The notes beneath the pieces are model-generated. The model saw only the letters and a program-made list of their open reading frames with translations. It ran no database searches and was not told the origin of the DNA. A stretch of 63,715 bases of DNA, counting the filler, from Craspedostauros australis (Eukaryota), in NCBI GenBank assembly GCA_030167865.1. It is 8 parts of 8 records of this genome, joined end to end, with 100 filler letters (N's around TTAATTAATTAA, not from the genome) between each part and the next. Parts side by side here need not be neighbours in the genome. Positions count along the whole stretch, not along the records: positions 33,566 to 39,196 come from JALAGF010005198.1; positions 39,297 to 42,103 come from JALAGF010005199.1; positions 42,204 to 44,500 come from JALAGF010005200.1; positions 44,601 to 59,128 come from JALAGF010005201.1; 4 more parts are not named here. One strand, written 5' to 3'. A program made the translations under genes and the position numbers. This document shows, in pieces, positions 38,660 through 51,365 of this stretch. Within the stretch, counting starts at the first letter, position 1; the number at the start of each line of letters is the position of its first letter.

Positions 38660-39196
38660 ATTGTTCTTAGCATAGTCGGCGAACCGAGGAAGAAACAATT
38701 CGATATTGCTCAGGTACGGTAAGACGATGGCATAGAAGTAGATGTAGAAAGTACAAACAATGCAGGAGATGCAGATGCTGTCCATACTGAATCTCAGTTC
38801 CATGTCACAGAAATGTCCACGATGTGCCAGACAGTACAGTATGAGCAGCAATCCCATTTCATAGGATACCAAGTATCGGTTCTTGACCTGAATGCATGCA
38901 GGGTCATTCTCATCGGACACTGCCTGGAACTTTGGCCAGAGACGGTCAGCCAAGCATTGGAGGTAGCATGCTCGGAAGCCGAAGTGAGGAATAGCTTCAG
39001 TGTCAGCCAATTCTGAGATGGCAATGTTTCTGTTTGTATACAAAGGAGGAGGACCCAATGGACCGAGATAGAGCTGCTGCATTTCCAGCACATGGCGGCC
39101 TAATGCAATAATGTGACTGTAGTACTCCACAAGAATGGTGACACCAGTGTAGTTCAGACCCTGCACATCAATCTGCGAAAGCTGATTCACAGCCTC
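38660..39196 (-). pseudogene. PIF/Harbinger-like transposase N-terminal fragment
   Basis: FGFR..YL..L...L...RY....EMGLLLILYCLAH.G...DMELRF......IS.IV resembles the helical region preceding the DDE_Tnp_4 core; no catalytic core follows. Confidence 0.55.
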
Positions 39197-39296
39197 NNNN
39201 NNNNNNNNNNNNNNNNNNNNNNNNNNNNNNNNNNNNNNNNTTAATTAATTAANNNNNNNNNNNNNNNNNNNNNNNNNNNNNNNNNNNNNNNNNNNN

Positions 39297-39495
39297 CGCG
39301 CAGGATGTCTCCCCAGTTTCTCTCGTGGTGATGACTCCAAATCCAACGGTTCGCGTTCGCCGGAGGTGTGGTTTTTTGTGTCTTTTTGGGCGGAGAGTCT
39401 CTGCTCTGTCTCTTGCCTCCTCGTCCTCCTCCACTTGCGCCTTTGCCACGGGCCTGACGACCGCCGCGTCCTGAACGTCCCTGTGCCATTGTCAC
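39297..39495 (-). CDS. 5' fragment of an unknown gene with Gly/Arg-rich basic N-terminus, truncated by scaffold end
   Basis: MAQGRSGRGGRQARGKGASGGGRGGKRQSRDSPPKK... is open until the gap. Confidence 0.35.
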
Positions 39496-39716
39496 TTGCT
39501 TGCGAGGCGTCTGGNNNNNNNNNNNNNNNNNNNNNNNNNNNNNNNNNNNNNNNNNNNNNNNNNNNNNNNNNNNNNNNNNNNGCTTTGCCAGTGTTGTTTT
39601 GTGCGTCTGTGCGCACCATTGTCAAAGATTTTGCTCTGGTAGTGATTCTACAGGTTCTACGTAAAGTTTTTTGTACTGGTCCTACGTACGTCTTCAACGG
39701 TGGAAGAGTCACGGGA

Positions 39717-40680
39717 CTGTGTGATTGGAGTGATAGTAGTGCGTGAACGGATTGGAATCGACGTTGACATGCATGAACAGTCGATCTACTGTGCCGTGTG
39801 TGCCATAACATACAGTCACACTCACACAATGATGTAATATCGTGTTCATCACATTTGAATACCTTCCAGATACAGTGGAGGCTTCATACTTCGTGTCCAC
39901 ACTCTCTGGGGTGTGGTTGGAGTGGTAGTAGTGCGTGAACGGATTGGAATCGACGTTGACATGCATGAACAGTCGATCTACTGTGCNNTGTGTGCNGTAG
40001 CATACAGTCACACTCACACAANGATGTGATATCGTGTNCATCNCATTTGAATNCCTTCCAGATACAGTGGAGGCTTCATACTTCGTGTCCACACTCTCTG
40101 GGGTGTGGTTGGAGTGGTAGTAGTGCGTGAACGGATTGGAATCGACGTTGACATGCATGAACAGTCGATCTACTGTGCCGTGTGTGCTGTAGCATACAGT
40201 CACACTCACACAATGATGTGATATCGTGTCCATCCCATTTGAATGCCTTCCAGATACAGTGGANNNNNNNNNNNNNNNNNNNNNNNNNNNNNNNNNNNNN
40301 NNNNNNNNNNNNNNNNNNNNNNNNNNNNNNNNNNNNNNNNNNNNNNNNNNNNNNNNNNNNNNNNNNNNNNNNNNNNNNNNNNNNNNNNNNNNNNNNNNNN
40401 NNNNNNNNNNNNNNNNNNNNNNNNNNNNNNNNNNNNNNNNNNNNNNNNNNNNNNNNNNNNNNNNNNNNNNNNNNNNNNNNNNNNNNNNNNNNNNNNNNNN
40501 NNNCACATTTGAATACCTTCCAGATACAGTGGAGGCTTCATACTTCGTGTCCACACTCTCTGGGGTGTGGTTGGAGTGGTAGTAGTGTGTGAATGGATTG
40601 GAATCGACGTTGACATGCATGAACAGTCGATCCATTGTGCTGTGTGTGCCGTAGCATACACTTACGTTCATACACAATGA
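39717..40680. repeat. Tandem array with a 192-bp unit (at least ~4 copies, gap inside)
   Basis: GTGAACGGATTGGAATCGACGTTGACATGCATGAACAGTCGATC recurs at 39743, 39935 and 40127, with a variant copy after the gap at 40589. Confidence 0.95.
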
Positions 40681-41535
40681 CTACGTTCATTTTCGCTAGA
40701 ATGGAACCGTTTTCACCTGCATAGTCATCTTCACACGCCGTTTGGACACCCTCGATTGGCCCACCAACGCGTTGCTGTTGTGCTTTGTTGATTTTGTTGA
40801 CAAAGCCTATGCGTACGGGGTCGGAACACTATCTGTCACGAAATAATATGATTCCTTAGGTGGAGGATGCGCATCTTTGGAAGCTTGAGTGCCGGTTCTG
40901 TTTACTCCGTGTCCCATGCATGCTGAAATACGCTTCATTTCAATGCCATGTCGATTGGAACGAACGTTTGTTGCGGTTTTTTGCGTTTGCAGGATGACAG
41001 AGCTGAACTACACTTGTGAAGCCTCACTACGACAATGCACCCTCTTGTCTGCTCGGATGTCATATCGACATTTGGACGTTTTGAGCCTCTATGTAACACA
41101 ATGCGTGATGTGAGATGCAAATGCCTTGGCTGAAAACAGGTTCGTCAGTTTGTGTCGTGACTGACGCATCAGAAACGTGTTGACGATTTTTTTGTGTGCC
41201 TGATTTGGGTGTTGCGTGTTGGGACGTTTGTGTGACGCACGGCGCCGAATTGTGCGCGGGTGTTGGGACGAATGGACAACAAGCAAACTTCCTGGTTCGG
41301 GGGCGACAAGACCACTTTGGGGGAAACTCACAAGAGTGTCGAAAAGCGAGTCGACGACATTTCTCTGCTCGCTCATTTCAGAATTTCTCCCCAGTCGCGA
41401 GACACAAAGTGCGCCAAGGCGTCAAGAACCAGTATTGAGAACGTTACAAACGGCACATTCGAATTATCATGTTTGCGATTGTATCTCGAACAATGGACAT
41501 AGTACCTCGTGCGTTTAGTATACTCGTAATAAGAG

Positions 41536-42103
41536 CTAATATATGTCTGGAGTTATCCTATGCCCGCCGACACGGAGTGCGACAAACATCAGATCCCCAA
41601 GGAATGAATGATGACTCGCGTTCCCGTTGGGCCTTGCATTGAGGGTTGCATTGAAAAACAATACCCTTGTGATGTCCTCATCATTGCAAGTGACATCGAG
41701 GTGGAGAATGTCAAACTTGTCGATCTTGCCCTGAGTGATAGTCTCTGGATGCGTCAATCCTGATGATGCTGTGACCTGGATTTTGTCATCGATCAGATCA
41801 ATTTGATGGGTGGCGCGAACGGAAACTCGGTTGGTCGCGAATGATTTTTCCTTTCCGTCCACACCACAGATGATGGCATGTCCCAATCTGCTCAGATCCA
41901 ACAGAAGCGTCGCTGTCCCCTTGATGTTGGCAGCTTGTAGCACTTTGAAAATATCGCCTTCGGTGGCAATCTTTGCATCCCTGGCACTATCCACATACAA
42001 CCTGAGTTGACGGGAGACGAAACCGAAGTGTCCGTCCAAAGCGCTCTTGCCAGCTTGTGCCTCGGTGTACAGCCATTGGATGATTTGGAGTTGTGGTTTG
42101 GGA
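41536..42103 (-). mobile_element. Sola3-like DDE transposase remnant (C-terminal part of the core)
   Basis: IIQWLYTEAQAGKSALDGHF...LYVDS...IATEGDIFKVLQAANIKGTATLLLD, homologous to the 60194-61445 protein. Confidence 0.6.
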
Positions 42104-42203
42104 NNNNNNNNNNNNNNNNNNNNNNNNNNNNNNNNNNNNNNNNNNNNTTAATTAATTAANNNNNNNNNNNNNNNNNNNNNNNNNNNNNNNNNNNNNNNNN
42201 NNN

Positions 42204-44500
42204 GCAATGAAGAGCTCACAGTTCAGAGAAGTAGATTCTAACAAACGATTAGTTCTCTACTATCATACCACCCCGGATTTCCAACAGAGTTCCTCGTCTT
42301 CACTTGCCGTAGGGGGATAGTTGAAATCTCCCTCTGTCAAAGACAGTGGTTGATTCACTCCCTCTGAAGTTGACATTGGAGGGGCGAGGTCATCATTGAT
42401 GAAACCTGCGTCCGTTTGCATCANNNNNNNNNNNNNNNNNNNNNNNNNNNNNNNNNNNNNNNNNNNNNNNNNNTGAAACCTGCGTCCGTTTGCATCATTG
42501 GTTTCTGCTTTGGAGCAGGTAGCGATGGTACCTCTGCGCCTCGATCGTCAGCGGATGAAGAAGGGATGTTAGGCGAAGTTGGAATGTTTGGTTCGATCGC
42601 ATCGTTTCGCTTCAATCGACTGTGGTCTATGAGGTCGGAGTTGAGGGTTTCTTCCTGTTCCATAGCCTCTACATCGTCGTCATCAAATGGATACTGAAAG
42701 GTTGTATCACCAAACATGCGTGTCCACTCTTCTGATTGGTAGTTCGGCAGGTGTTTGGGATCAGTTGCTATCCCTTCATGACCTAGGGGATTACTTCGAT
42801 CCAATATAAATTTCATTGTCACTCCATTCCGTTTTTGACCGCAACTTTTACATGTACCCCTCCACTTTTCTTGTACTAACGGAATCCTTGGGAGTTTGCT
42901 CTTCTTCTGATCTTCCTGAATCAGGGGTCTTCTTACTGCGGTTGGGTCGCCATCGGCCTCCGAAGTACTCGTGAATCATTTTTTGACGACAGGACTGACT
43001 GGAAAACTCATCAGCGAGGCCATCATCGCTGATTTTCATGACACATCAATGGTTTTTTGGTACTCACATCTCCCAACTCAATCGCCGTTTTTCGCATGCA
43101 TCACTTGACATGCGTGTCCATACAGCTCCATGAATGCCTGCCAGCACATTGCTTCTCTGATGATCTCCGTGGCTCATCACTCGTGGATCATTCTCCGTTG
43201 CACGCAATCTCTTTGATTGTTTCTTCTCATCATGAGCTGACCATTACAGTCTAAATCCAGTTTAGAGACAAGTACAGAATTAGATTTTGTGCGTAGGACA
43301 TGGTAGGGAAAAGCTGTAGAAATGTAACACAGAGGCTTTATAATGGCTCTGACAGATCCTTTAGGGCTGGTCCATGAAGGGATAGTAGCGAACCAATCGT
43401 CGAACACCACATGGAATTGAGGTGTGATGGATCCTGTTCGTGGTGAGAGTACCAAAGGCACTGTTGAAGCGTGCTTTGTAGAGAGACCCACGTTGACGTA
43501 TCGCTCTCCTCTTGGTTCCCATCGNGGTATCTTGCGTCCATCTGCGAGTGCTTTGTTGAGCACATACACAGGGCTGCCCCACACGTGTAGATTGTGGAGC
43601 TGTTTGAGTGGAAGTTGGACACGAGAAAGAACATCGTATGGGGTTAGTCCTGTTGCTGGATTGGGCACACGGTTGTAGATGTAAGCTGCGTGTACCACTG
43701 CCATAGGCCATAGCTGTGCATCAAACATGTCAGGCCAATGAATACTTTGGTGCATCATCATTGTTCNNNNNNNNNNNNNNNNNNNNNNNNNNNNNNNNNN
43801 NNNNNNNNNNNNNNNNNNNNNNNNNNNNNNNNNNNNNNNNNNNNNNNNNNNNNNNNNNNNNNNNNNNNNNNNNNNNNNNNNNNNNNNNNNNNNNNNNNNN
43901 NNNNNNNNNNNNNNNNNNNNNNNNNNNNNNNNNNNNNNNNNNNNNCACATTAGCTCAAATCGTTCCTTGGCTTCTAGAGTAGCGTGTGTAGTCAGCGCTG
44001 CTACTGGTTCCACGTGAATGTAGCTTGATGCGTGGTCAATGAAGATAGCTCCACCCTTATACATATCAATTGGGTCTCTTTTTCCTCTTCCTGTAAAGAG
44101 GCGGCCTGGTGTTCGTCCGACGAAGTGGTCCACTGACACTTGTTGGCCTGGGAACAGGTGGTCGGTCCGCAACACACCTTGTTTGTCACGCACGACATGT
44201 TGAGTTATACCTGGCGAAGGGCGCCGGTGNNNNNNNNNNNNNNNNNNNNNNNNNNNNNNNNNNNNNNNNNNNNNNNNNNNNNNNNNNNNNNNNNNNNNNN
44301 NNNNNNNNNNNNNNNNNNNNNNAACACCTGAACGTAGAAGGAATTTCACTCTGTTGAAGGATAAGTGCCCGAGGCGGTAGTGCCAGCGGAGAAGCTCCTT
44401 TTGCGGTTGAGTGAGGTTGACGTTGTGGTCTGACACGGTTGACACAATTGACGAGAGCGCTGTGGGTAGGTCGTGGATGTTGTCCGAGTTGTAGCCAACT
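42204..44500 (-). mobile_element. CoDi-type Ty1/copia integrase fragment interrupted by a DNA element
   Basis: ELLRWHYRLGHLSF, FPGQQVSVDHF, YKGGAIFIDHAS, LWPMAVVHAAYIYN, HVWGSPVYVL, ITPQFHVVFDDWFATI / ATDPKHLPNYQSEEWTRMFGD. Confidence 0.9.
42772..43381. mobile_element. 610-bp non-autonomous TIR element (CCCTTCATG...CATGAAGGG) with 2-bp AT target-site duplication
   Basis: Perfect 9-bp (imperfect ~13-bp) inverted termini; AT at 42770-42771 and 43382-43383; removing the element and one AT restores the host frame W-F-A-T-I-A-T-D-P. Confidence 0.85.
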
Positions 44501-44725
44501 NNNNNNNNNNNNNNNNNNNNNNNNNNNNNNNNNNNNNNNNNNNNTTAATTAATTAANNNNNNNNNNNNNNNNNNNNNNNNNNNNNNNNNNNNNNNNNNNN
44601 CAGAGAGAAACATGGTGGAGTTGTTGGTGGAGAGTAGTGTGGTTTGCCGGTTGGATGTGATGGTGTGCACTGGTTGAGATGAAGCGAGGAAGGAGAGAAA
44701 ACGATGAATGGTCGACCATTCGTTG

Positions 44726-44885
44726 ACAACAACAACAACAACAACAACTGCTACTACTACTGCTACTACTACTCTGACGACAACGGGCATTGAGCGAAAG
44801 GGCGAGTGTNNNNNNNNNNNNNNNNNNNNNNNNNNNNNNNNNNNNNNNNNNNNNNNNNNCTGCTACTACTACTGCTACTACTACT
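44726..44885. repeat. (CAA)n/(CTA)n compound microsatellite, partly duplicated across an N gap
   Basis: Visible trinucleotide runs. Confidence 0.85.
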
Positions 44886-47800
44886 CTGACGACAACGGGC
44901 ATTGAGCGAAAGGGCGAGTGTGCATGGCATTGGCGAGGAAAGTGAAATGGAGCCAAAGCCTGGCGCGAATTTGCGAAATGATGGAGATGATGTGTTTTGT
45001 GTGATGTGTTTTGTGTCATGTGCTTTGTGACGAGCAGAATGTGGAATCCTGTGCCACATGCTAACGTGTAATTAACGCGTACCAAACGACTGAGACCTTC
45101 GGAAGCAAGTCCGTGACTGACCACCTCACGATAAATACATGAGAACATGATAGAACCTTCGACGACTACCAACGATTTTTGTGTGGTTGGATCCACATGA
45201 CTAGAATGAACACATTGATCGGTGCATAAAACGTAAAATAAGCTTTACTAAGCACTGAAAAGGTTACATGTACATAAAGAGACTACAAGGATTGCGAATA
45301 TGTGCTTAGTTTAAAAATGCCAGAAATCCGATTAGACTCTTCATTTCAAACGATTGGTCGACTCACTGATCTTGCATAGATGCAAGAACAAAATTAAACA
45401 CGTGGTTGTTTTTTCGCCTCTGCATGACGGCAATCCTGTAACGCTTCGTTCCATGACAGATTTGGGAGAGATGGCCCATGCATAGATACATGGCTGGCCG
45501 ATCGCCCTCCTGTTTTAATTTTTCATTGCAAAGACAAAGAAAAGATGCAACTGATCGCATTGCGCCTGGACCTCGCGAAAGGACTGTATGCCAAACGTCC
45601 AAAACCAAGTGTGGACTATTCGCTCCAACTGAAGCAATAGCAGCGCGTTGAAGCGACGACATTTGCGTTTGGAATGCCGAAGTAAGGCGCAATGTCAACA
45701 AGAGGGATGCTTAAAAAAGACAGAAACATCTGCGCGTAGAAAACAACAAGCATAGTGAGTCGAAGAAACACACGTCGAAACAACAGTTGTAGAGCAGAAA
45801 TGTATCCTTCAAACCAAGATTGGTCAAGAGAAACTGCAAAAGATTTTTCATAGCACATCGGTGAGGCTTGTTATACCAAGCGGATATGATCGCCAATCCT
45901 TATCGTCGATAATAACGCACGAGGACAGCGATGACCGTCGACTCGTGCAATAGTTTGAAATATTCAAAAGAACACAAATTTTATCGACTGAACAAGACTG
46001 AAGAGGGATGATACCACGAGATAAGAATATATGCTGCGTCAAAACAAACTAGCTGCTGCGACGTACATATAGTGCGTTCGATGGAAGCGTGAGAGTTCAA
46101 ATAGTAAGAGTATTGTGATGCACAACCTTTTACAATCCCAACAGCAGTTTGAAATTCACCTTATGTTTTTCGATAGAAGGAGCTTCCCTATGTCAACCAT
46201 CATTGGAATCTTGTTCTATGACGTCCAATGAACGAGTAGTCCTATGGCACATAGTCGTTTTGTTCCTGTTACATTTGCACGCACCAATTGTGCAGCATGT
46301 ACTCGTACCTGTCGTGGTCATCACTTATTTCCACGATTGAAGATCAGATCTCAATGGTCTATCGGTTCCCGGTCAATCGTCAAAAAGAACGAGATACAAG
46401 GACAATAACAACAGACTGTAGCGGTGGAACTACTGACTGGATGATCGCGAATAGGTTCGTGTTCATTCTGCATGTTCGCGTTGTCATCTCGATGATAGTC
46501 CATTTCTGTCGTTCTGATCTGTTCTTATTCAACTTGATTCAAATCAGTGCGGTACGAGAGCAAACATTTCGGAAATCATGCAATTTATTCACATCTGCAA
46601 AGTATACGGCTCACTCACGACACGCAGTGGAACCCTGGATTCAATGAACACAAGAATTTAGTTTCCGATGTGTTCCGATACACACTGCATTGAAAGCACG
46701 CATCACGTGCACGCAGACTCAACGAAGAAGGACATACGCATTCGATCAACTGCAACCCTTCCAGAACGAAAAGTCGGGGCATTTTTTCTTTCTGGCGGTG
46801 AGCACAGACTCAGGAAAAGTCAAGATAGCTCGCAACTTCCAACAATCCATCCAAACTTCTAATGACAGTTCAATTGATTGACACATCGCATGCTTCACAT
46901 CCTTGTATGAAGACGCATCTATTTTGGGCCATTGCTCAACTGAGGACGTGCATCTTTGCGAAAAGTCCATGTCTTCTGTTAATCCATTACACAGCTTCAC
47001 CAAATAGGAATGCTAGTTTTCTGACATACAATTGAAGACGTTCTTTCTTTATGGCACAATTCTTTGGTTGAGTAGTTCCAATCCTATTGATTACAATCAT
47101 GTTGGCATGTCACAAGCTCTAACAAACATGGACTTTTCCAACACGATCGAGAGAATTGAAGGATGTGTAGACCTAGTTGGATAAAGCTGTGCTTGCTTTT
47201 CTCATCGAAACCTATGCATAGTCTTCGGCCTGGCGCTATTGACTTTTTGGCAATGTCCGTTTTCGCACATACCAACTGGTAAAACGAGAGAAGGGCGAAT
47301 TATTACAAGTGCCCAGCTCTGGGTTCATTCCATGAAAATGTACTATCGAATCTAGTTTCACCTTGATCTCATTTCGCAAAGCTCAGCTCTTGTTTGTGCG
47401 TGAGAGAATATATGCATGAAATGTGATTTCTTCAACATTACAAGCACCATCACGCAGCTCGCAGACGGAATTTTTGTCGTGGCGGAGGCGATCGAAATGC
47501 TTTGGTCTTATATTCACACTATTCCTGATGATGCCAGGAATAGTGTTATACTTTCGTTGCTAGGAAAGCTCGCAAAACGTCCCGTACCGTGGAAAATGCA
47601 ATCACCAGGGAGACATCATGACGATGCTCCGATACATTGTATTCCATGTGGAACGGCTACTATCAAACCATTCGTACGAACTTTGACGTGCGACCCATCA
47701 TTAGAATATTGTGCCACATATCATGGAGTTTTCGTTTTCATTGGATGTCGTTCCTGATCAGTAAGTGTCTGCTGCTTGGCTACGTCGTCCAATTCGACTA

Positions 47801-50800
47801 TCTGACTTGTTAAATGATGTTGATGGTGGTTCTTGCACAAATGGAAATCGAACCATATCAAAAAAGGTAGAACAGAGTTCCCTTAGCTATTTTTTTGCCA
47901 TGAAGTCAACGCACAAACAGGTTGACCAGAATTTCAGTCCGGGGAAACCACGCACGTCGTGCTCAACCCTTGTACATTCTCAGGTTGGGTGAATCCTCCG
48001 TGATTACCGCGCAATCCCAGGAATGACGCAGTTGAACCAGCAATAGTTATTCTCAATCCCTCCAGGACTGAAGAACCACAAAGGCCAATGTTAAGCAGCC
48101 GGGATACGCTTGGCTACATGGTCATGCACCTCGTTTTGCCGATTGGCAATTGACCATCAATGCGAATCTATCGAGTTGTGGTTTCGCCACATACGGCCCG
48201 CATGTATAGCACTTCGTGTCTATGGCAAACGGGACATGACATCTGAGCGGTTGCTTCGAACTCTAATTCATGTTTCAATTCCTAGTTCTGATGTTACTCG
48301 CTGCATGGTAGGAACCTTCTTGCTATTTTGAATAGCTGCACGCTGATGCTGAGAAAAGAGGATCACACGACTCAAAAACATCATTTCAGACTTGCACCAT
48401 CTCTCCATCCTACATTTCAACTTCTTCGTCTCGGTTTGTTTGGGAGGAATCGAAGCGTGTGGAAACGAGGCCACTGTTGGTCAATAGTCACATCGAGAGG
48501 GTTCCACACAATGTGAGGGGTCTACCAACAAGTTGGAGCAGCCGGAAGTTCCATCGAAAGTAAAGGTGGCCGGTGCCTTCAACTCTGTGTCCTCCGTATC
48601 CGCGACAGACATTGGGAATTTCTTTGGTAGGATGAGATGGAATCCGTGAGCAATGATGATAAGAGAATGTGTTCCAACATTGGAAACTAGGGTCCTCTCC
48701 TTGTGTTTGAGACAGCTGAGTATGTCGCGATGGATAGGTGCTGTCCGTTGAATGAAACCTTGCCGACAATGAGATGTTGCAGAAGTCTTCGCCCTCGTCT
48801 CGGAGGTTGTATTCGGGTTGTCAATTGTGCGCAATAATGTTGGAGTAGTTCTTGCATTGCCACGTTGATTGTGAAAGTACACCTTGTTAGAGGAGGTTTC
48901 CGTGCAGCGGACCAATGATGGATGAATATTCAACCATAGCACAAGTCACGGAAAATGTGCAAATTCGAATTAGCTACAATCATGTCGAGGGGGAGAGAAC
49001 AAACAGTGGAAGTCGCCGTCGGCGTTTTGTGCTGGGTTCATACATGGAAAATAAATTGTGTCTCCATACCCCAATGTTGGGCGACATGTGAACTTCATAA
49101 CCATGTTGGCGATCAAGCGACTGTGAAACCTCGACTTGCTCGACGGAACTATGGTGTTGACTGTTTTTCGTCGTGATTGATCGTTGTATTGCCCGTGTGA
49201 GACAAGGTGCATGTTGACGAGAATTCAGGAGATCATATTGCTCATTCATTCTCTCAGTGCACCTGAAGGGTAATCCTACAGTAAAGAACCACTATGGCGT
49301 CCATGTTCGTCTTCTTTGATTGTCCACGTCCACAAACAACGTTTGGGAAATACAAACCTGTTCTGAGCGATCGTGTTTTGTATCGATACCCCCAATCGAT
49401 TAGGGCAACACTCTGGATTGGTGGCGTTGGTCACTGTCACTGTTCGAAAGTTAGTCACGTTGCGGCTAGCCAAGAGATGATCAACAATGCAGCACATTGC
49501 CTCAGCTGACCGGTTGCGTTGGTAGGCCTCGTTGCATGTATTACATACAGACGATATGCTTGCATTGACGGTATGACCACGAATGCGAGTTTGGAACCCA
49601 AATTCTGCTGGACCTATTATTCCATCGCGTGTTCCAAAATGCCATCAGCGCTCCTGTCGTCAGTTACCCGATTTCTTTCACCATCTTCACAGGAGGACGA
49701 GGCATTCGCAACACTTCCTCCCTTCAAGTTCGATGGTATTGTTTGTAGTCGTTTCTTTGGTGTCTACAATGACAGACAATGCGCAAGACATCGACGTAGC
49801 TGTTCGCATGCGTCTGCCATTGCATTGGTCTCATGATTTTTGGGCATTTATGCATTAAAGTCGCCATGTTCGACATCGGTTATTTGCCATCATCACCATG
49901 ATCGGCCCTAATGCATCCCCAACATCTTAGATTCCTTATCATATCATCCAACTGCAGATCTAGCGAGAGGAAGTACTTTTGGTACACATCGTTGGAGATG
50001 AATGTGACATGATCCGACCAATTCATTCGCATATGGTTGATTCCAGATGGTTGTGTGCGAAACTGCTTTTTCCAATCCACTGCAGCCAACCATTTCAATG
50101 CAACACTTCGCTTCACGCAAGGGAGCCATTGGAATCGTGGCTACGGACAGGATGCACCAATCGGGTTGATCTGCGGCCTTCGTTCAAAACCAGCATCACG
50201 GCACTAGCAATAACATGCAACGCACATCAGTGTATCATCTTTTGTGACCATAGATCACACATATCATAGAACATAGAGTACATTGCAAGCTTCCGTATAG
50301 ATTTTTGGGTGTGCGCAATGGTGCGCGCTTGTTCGGAATCAATCTTGTGCGCGATGATCTCGATCCGAACGTGTCCGATGGTCGCTGTCGGAATTCTCCT
50401 GAATTCGATTTGCCTGATTTTGAATTACGGGTGGAGCAGATCGATTCAAGTTCATTGTTGCCCAGAGCAGATTGCTCCATTTCGAGTCGATTTTCATCCG
50501 GTGATATAGAGGTGCAGGAAGTTTTTTTCGGGGCAGGGCAGTCTTCCCTTGTGTTGCTGATGGTGAATGTGAGTGCGTCTGAGCTAGAGTTCATAAATCT
50601 CACGCTGCACCGTTCCAACAGCCGCCGTCCATAGCAGGGTTGCAAGCGCCTGTTGTGATGGCGACATCGTTGATTGCAAGATCGCTGGAAGCAACGCTGC
50701 GGTGGCTACCTTGCCAATTTGTGTTGTTTCCCTCATTCTCAGTTGTCGAACTTCCTGTAACTTCCCGCCTCGATATACACTCCGGCAACCTCCTTCTCCT

Positions 50801-51365
50801 TCTCATATAACAATCTCTGCAACAAAGACCTCAGCCACGATTGGCGGCGTTGCAGACTCAACTGCACCACACCCATATTCACCTCGACCCGGGCCAGTCA
50901 TAGGTAGGTGCACGTAGCATTGGACACGGACGCCTTGGTCAATTGGCTCCGATGATGAATCTCTCAGGTGTTGCCCTACAAGTCATCGCTTAGCCTTCGC
51001 CTTTCTCTGTGTTGGCACGTTGAGGACAGACGGATATAATGCTATTTAGTAATTGCATTCTGATTGGATGCCTCTGCTTCCAATTGTTCGCGAAGAACCG
51101 TATTTATACCGCAACTTCCAAAGAAGAAGAGAAAACAGGTCACTGTCGGGAGGGTCGTCGCGATCTTGTTGTGTTCGCCAACTGCAGCCAAATACAGTGG
51201 AGGCACTCCGTCGGCCATCATCCGCGGTCTGTGCCTCGGAGTGTGAATGCTGCGCGGTACGGATGACCTCCATGTGGACATGTAGCACCATTGAAGAGAT
51301 TAAAGCTACGAATTGCAACCCCGAATCCACTGTCTGTGTTGGCTCTCACAACCCCAACGAGATCG

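Noticed and set aside
39717..40680. CRISPR-like array
   Set aside because: The whole 192-bp unit repeats, with no unique spacers and no cas genes; the context is eukaryotic
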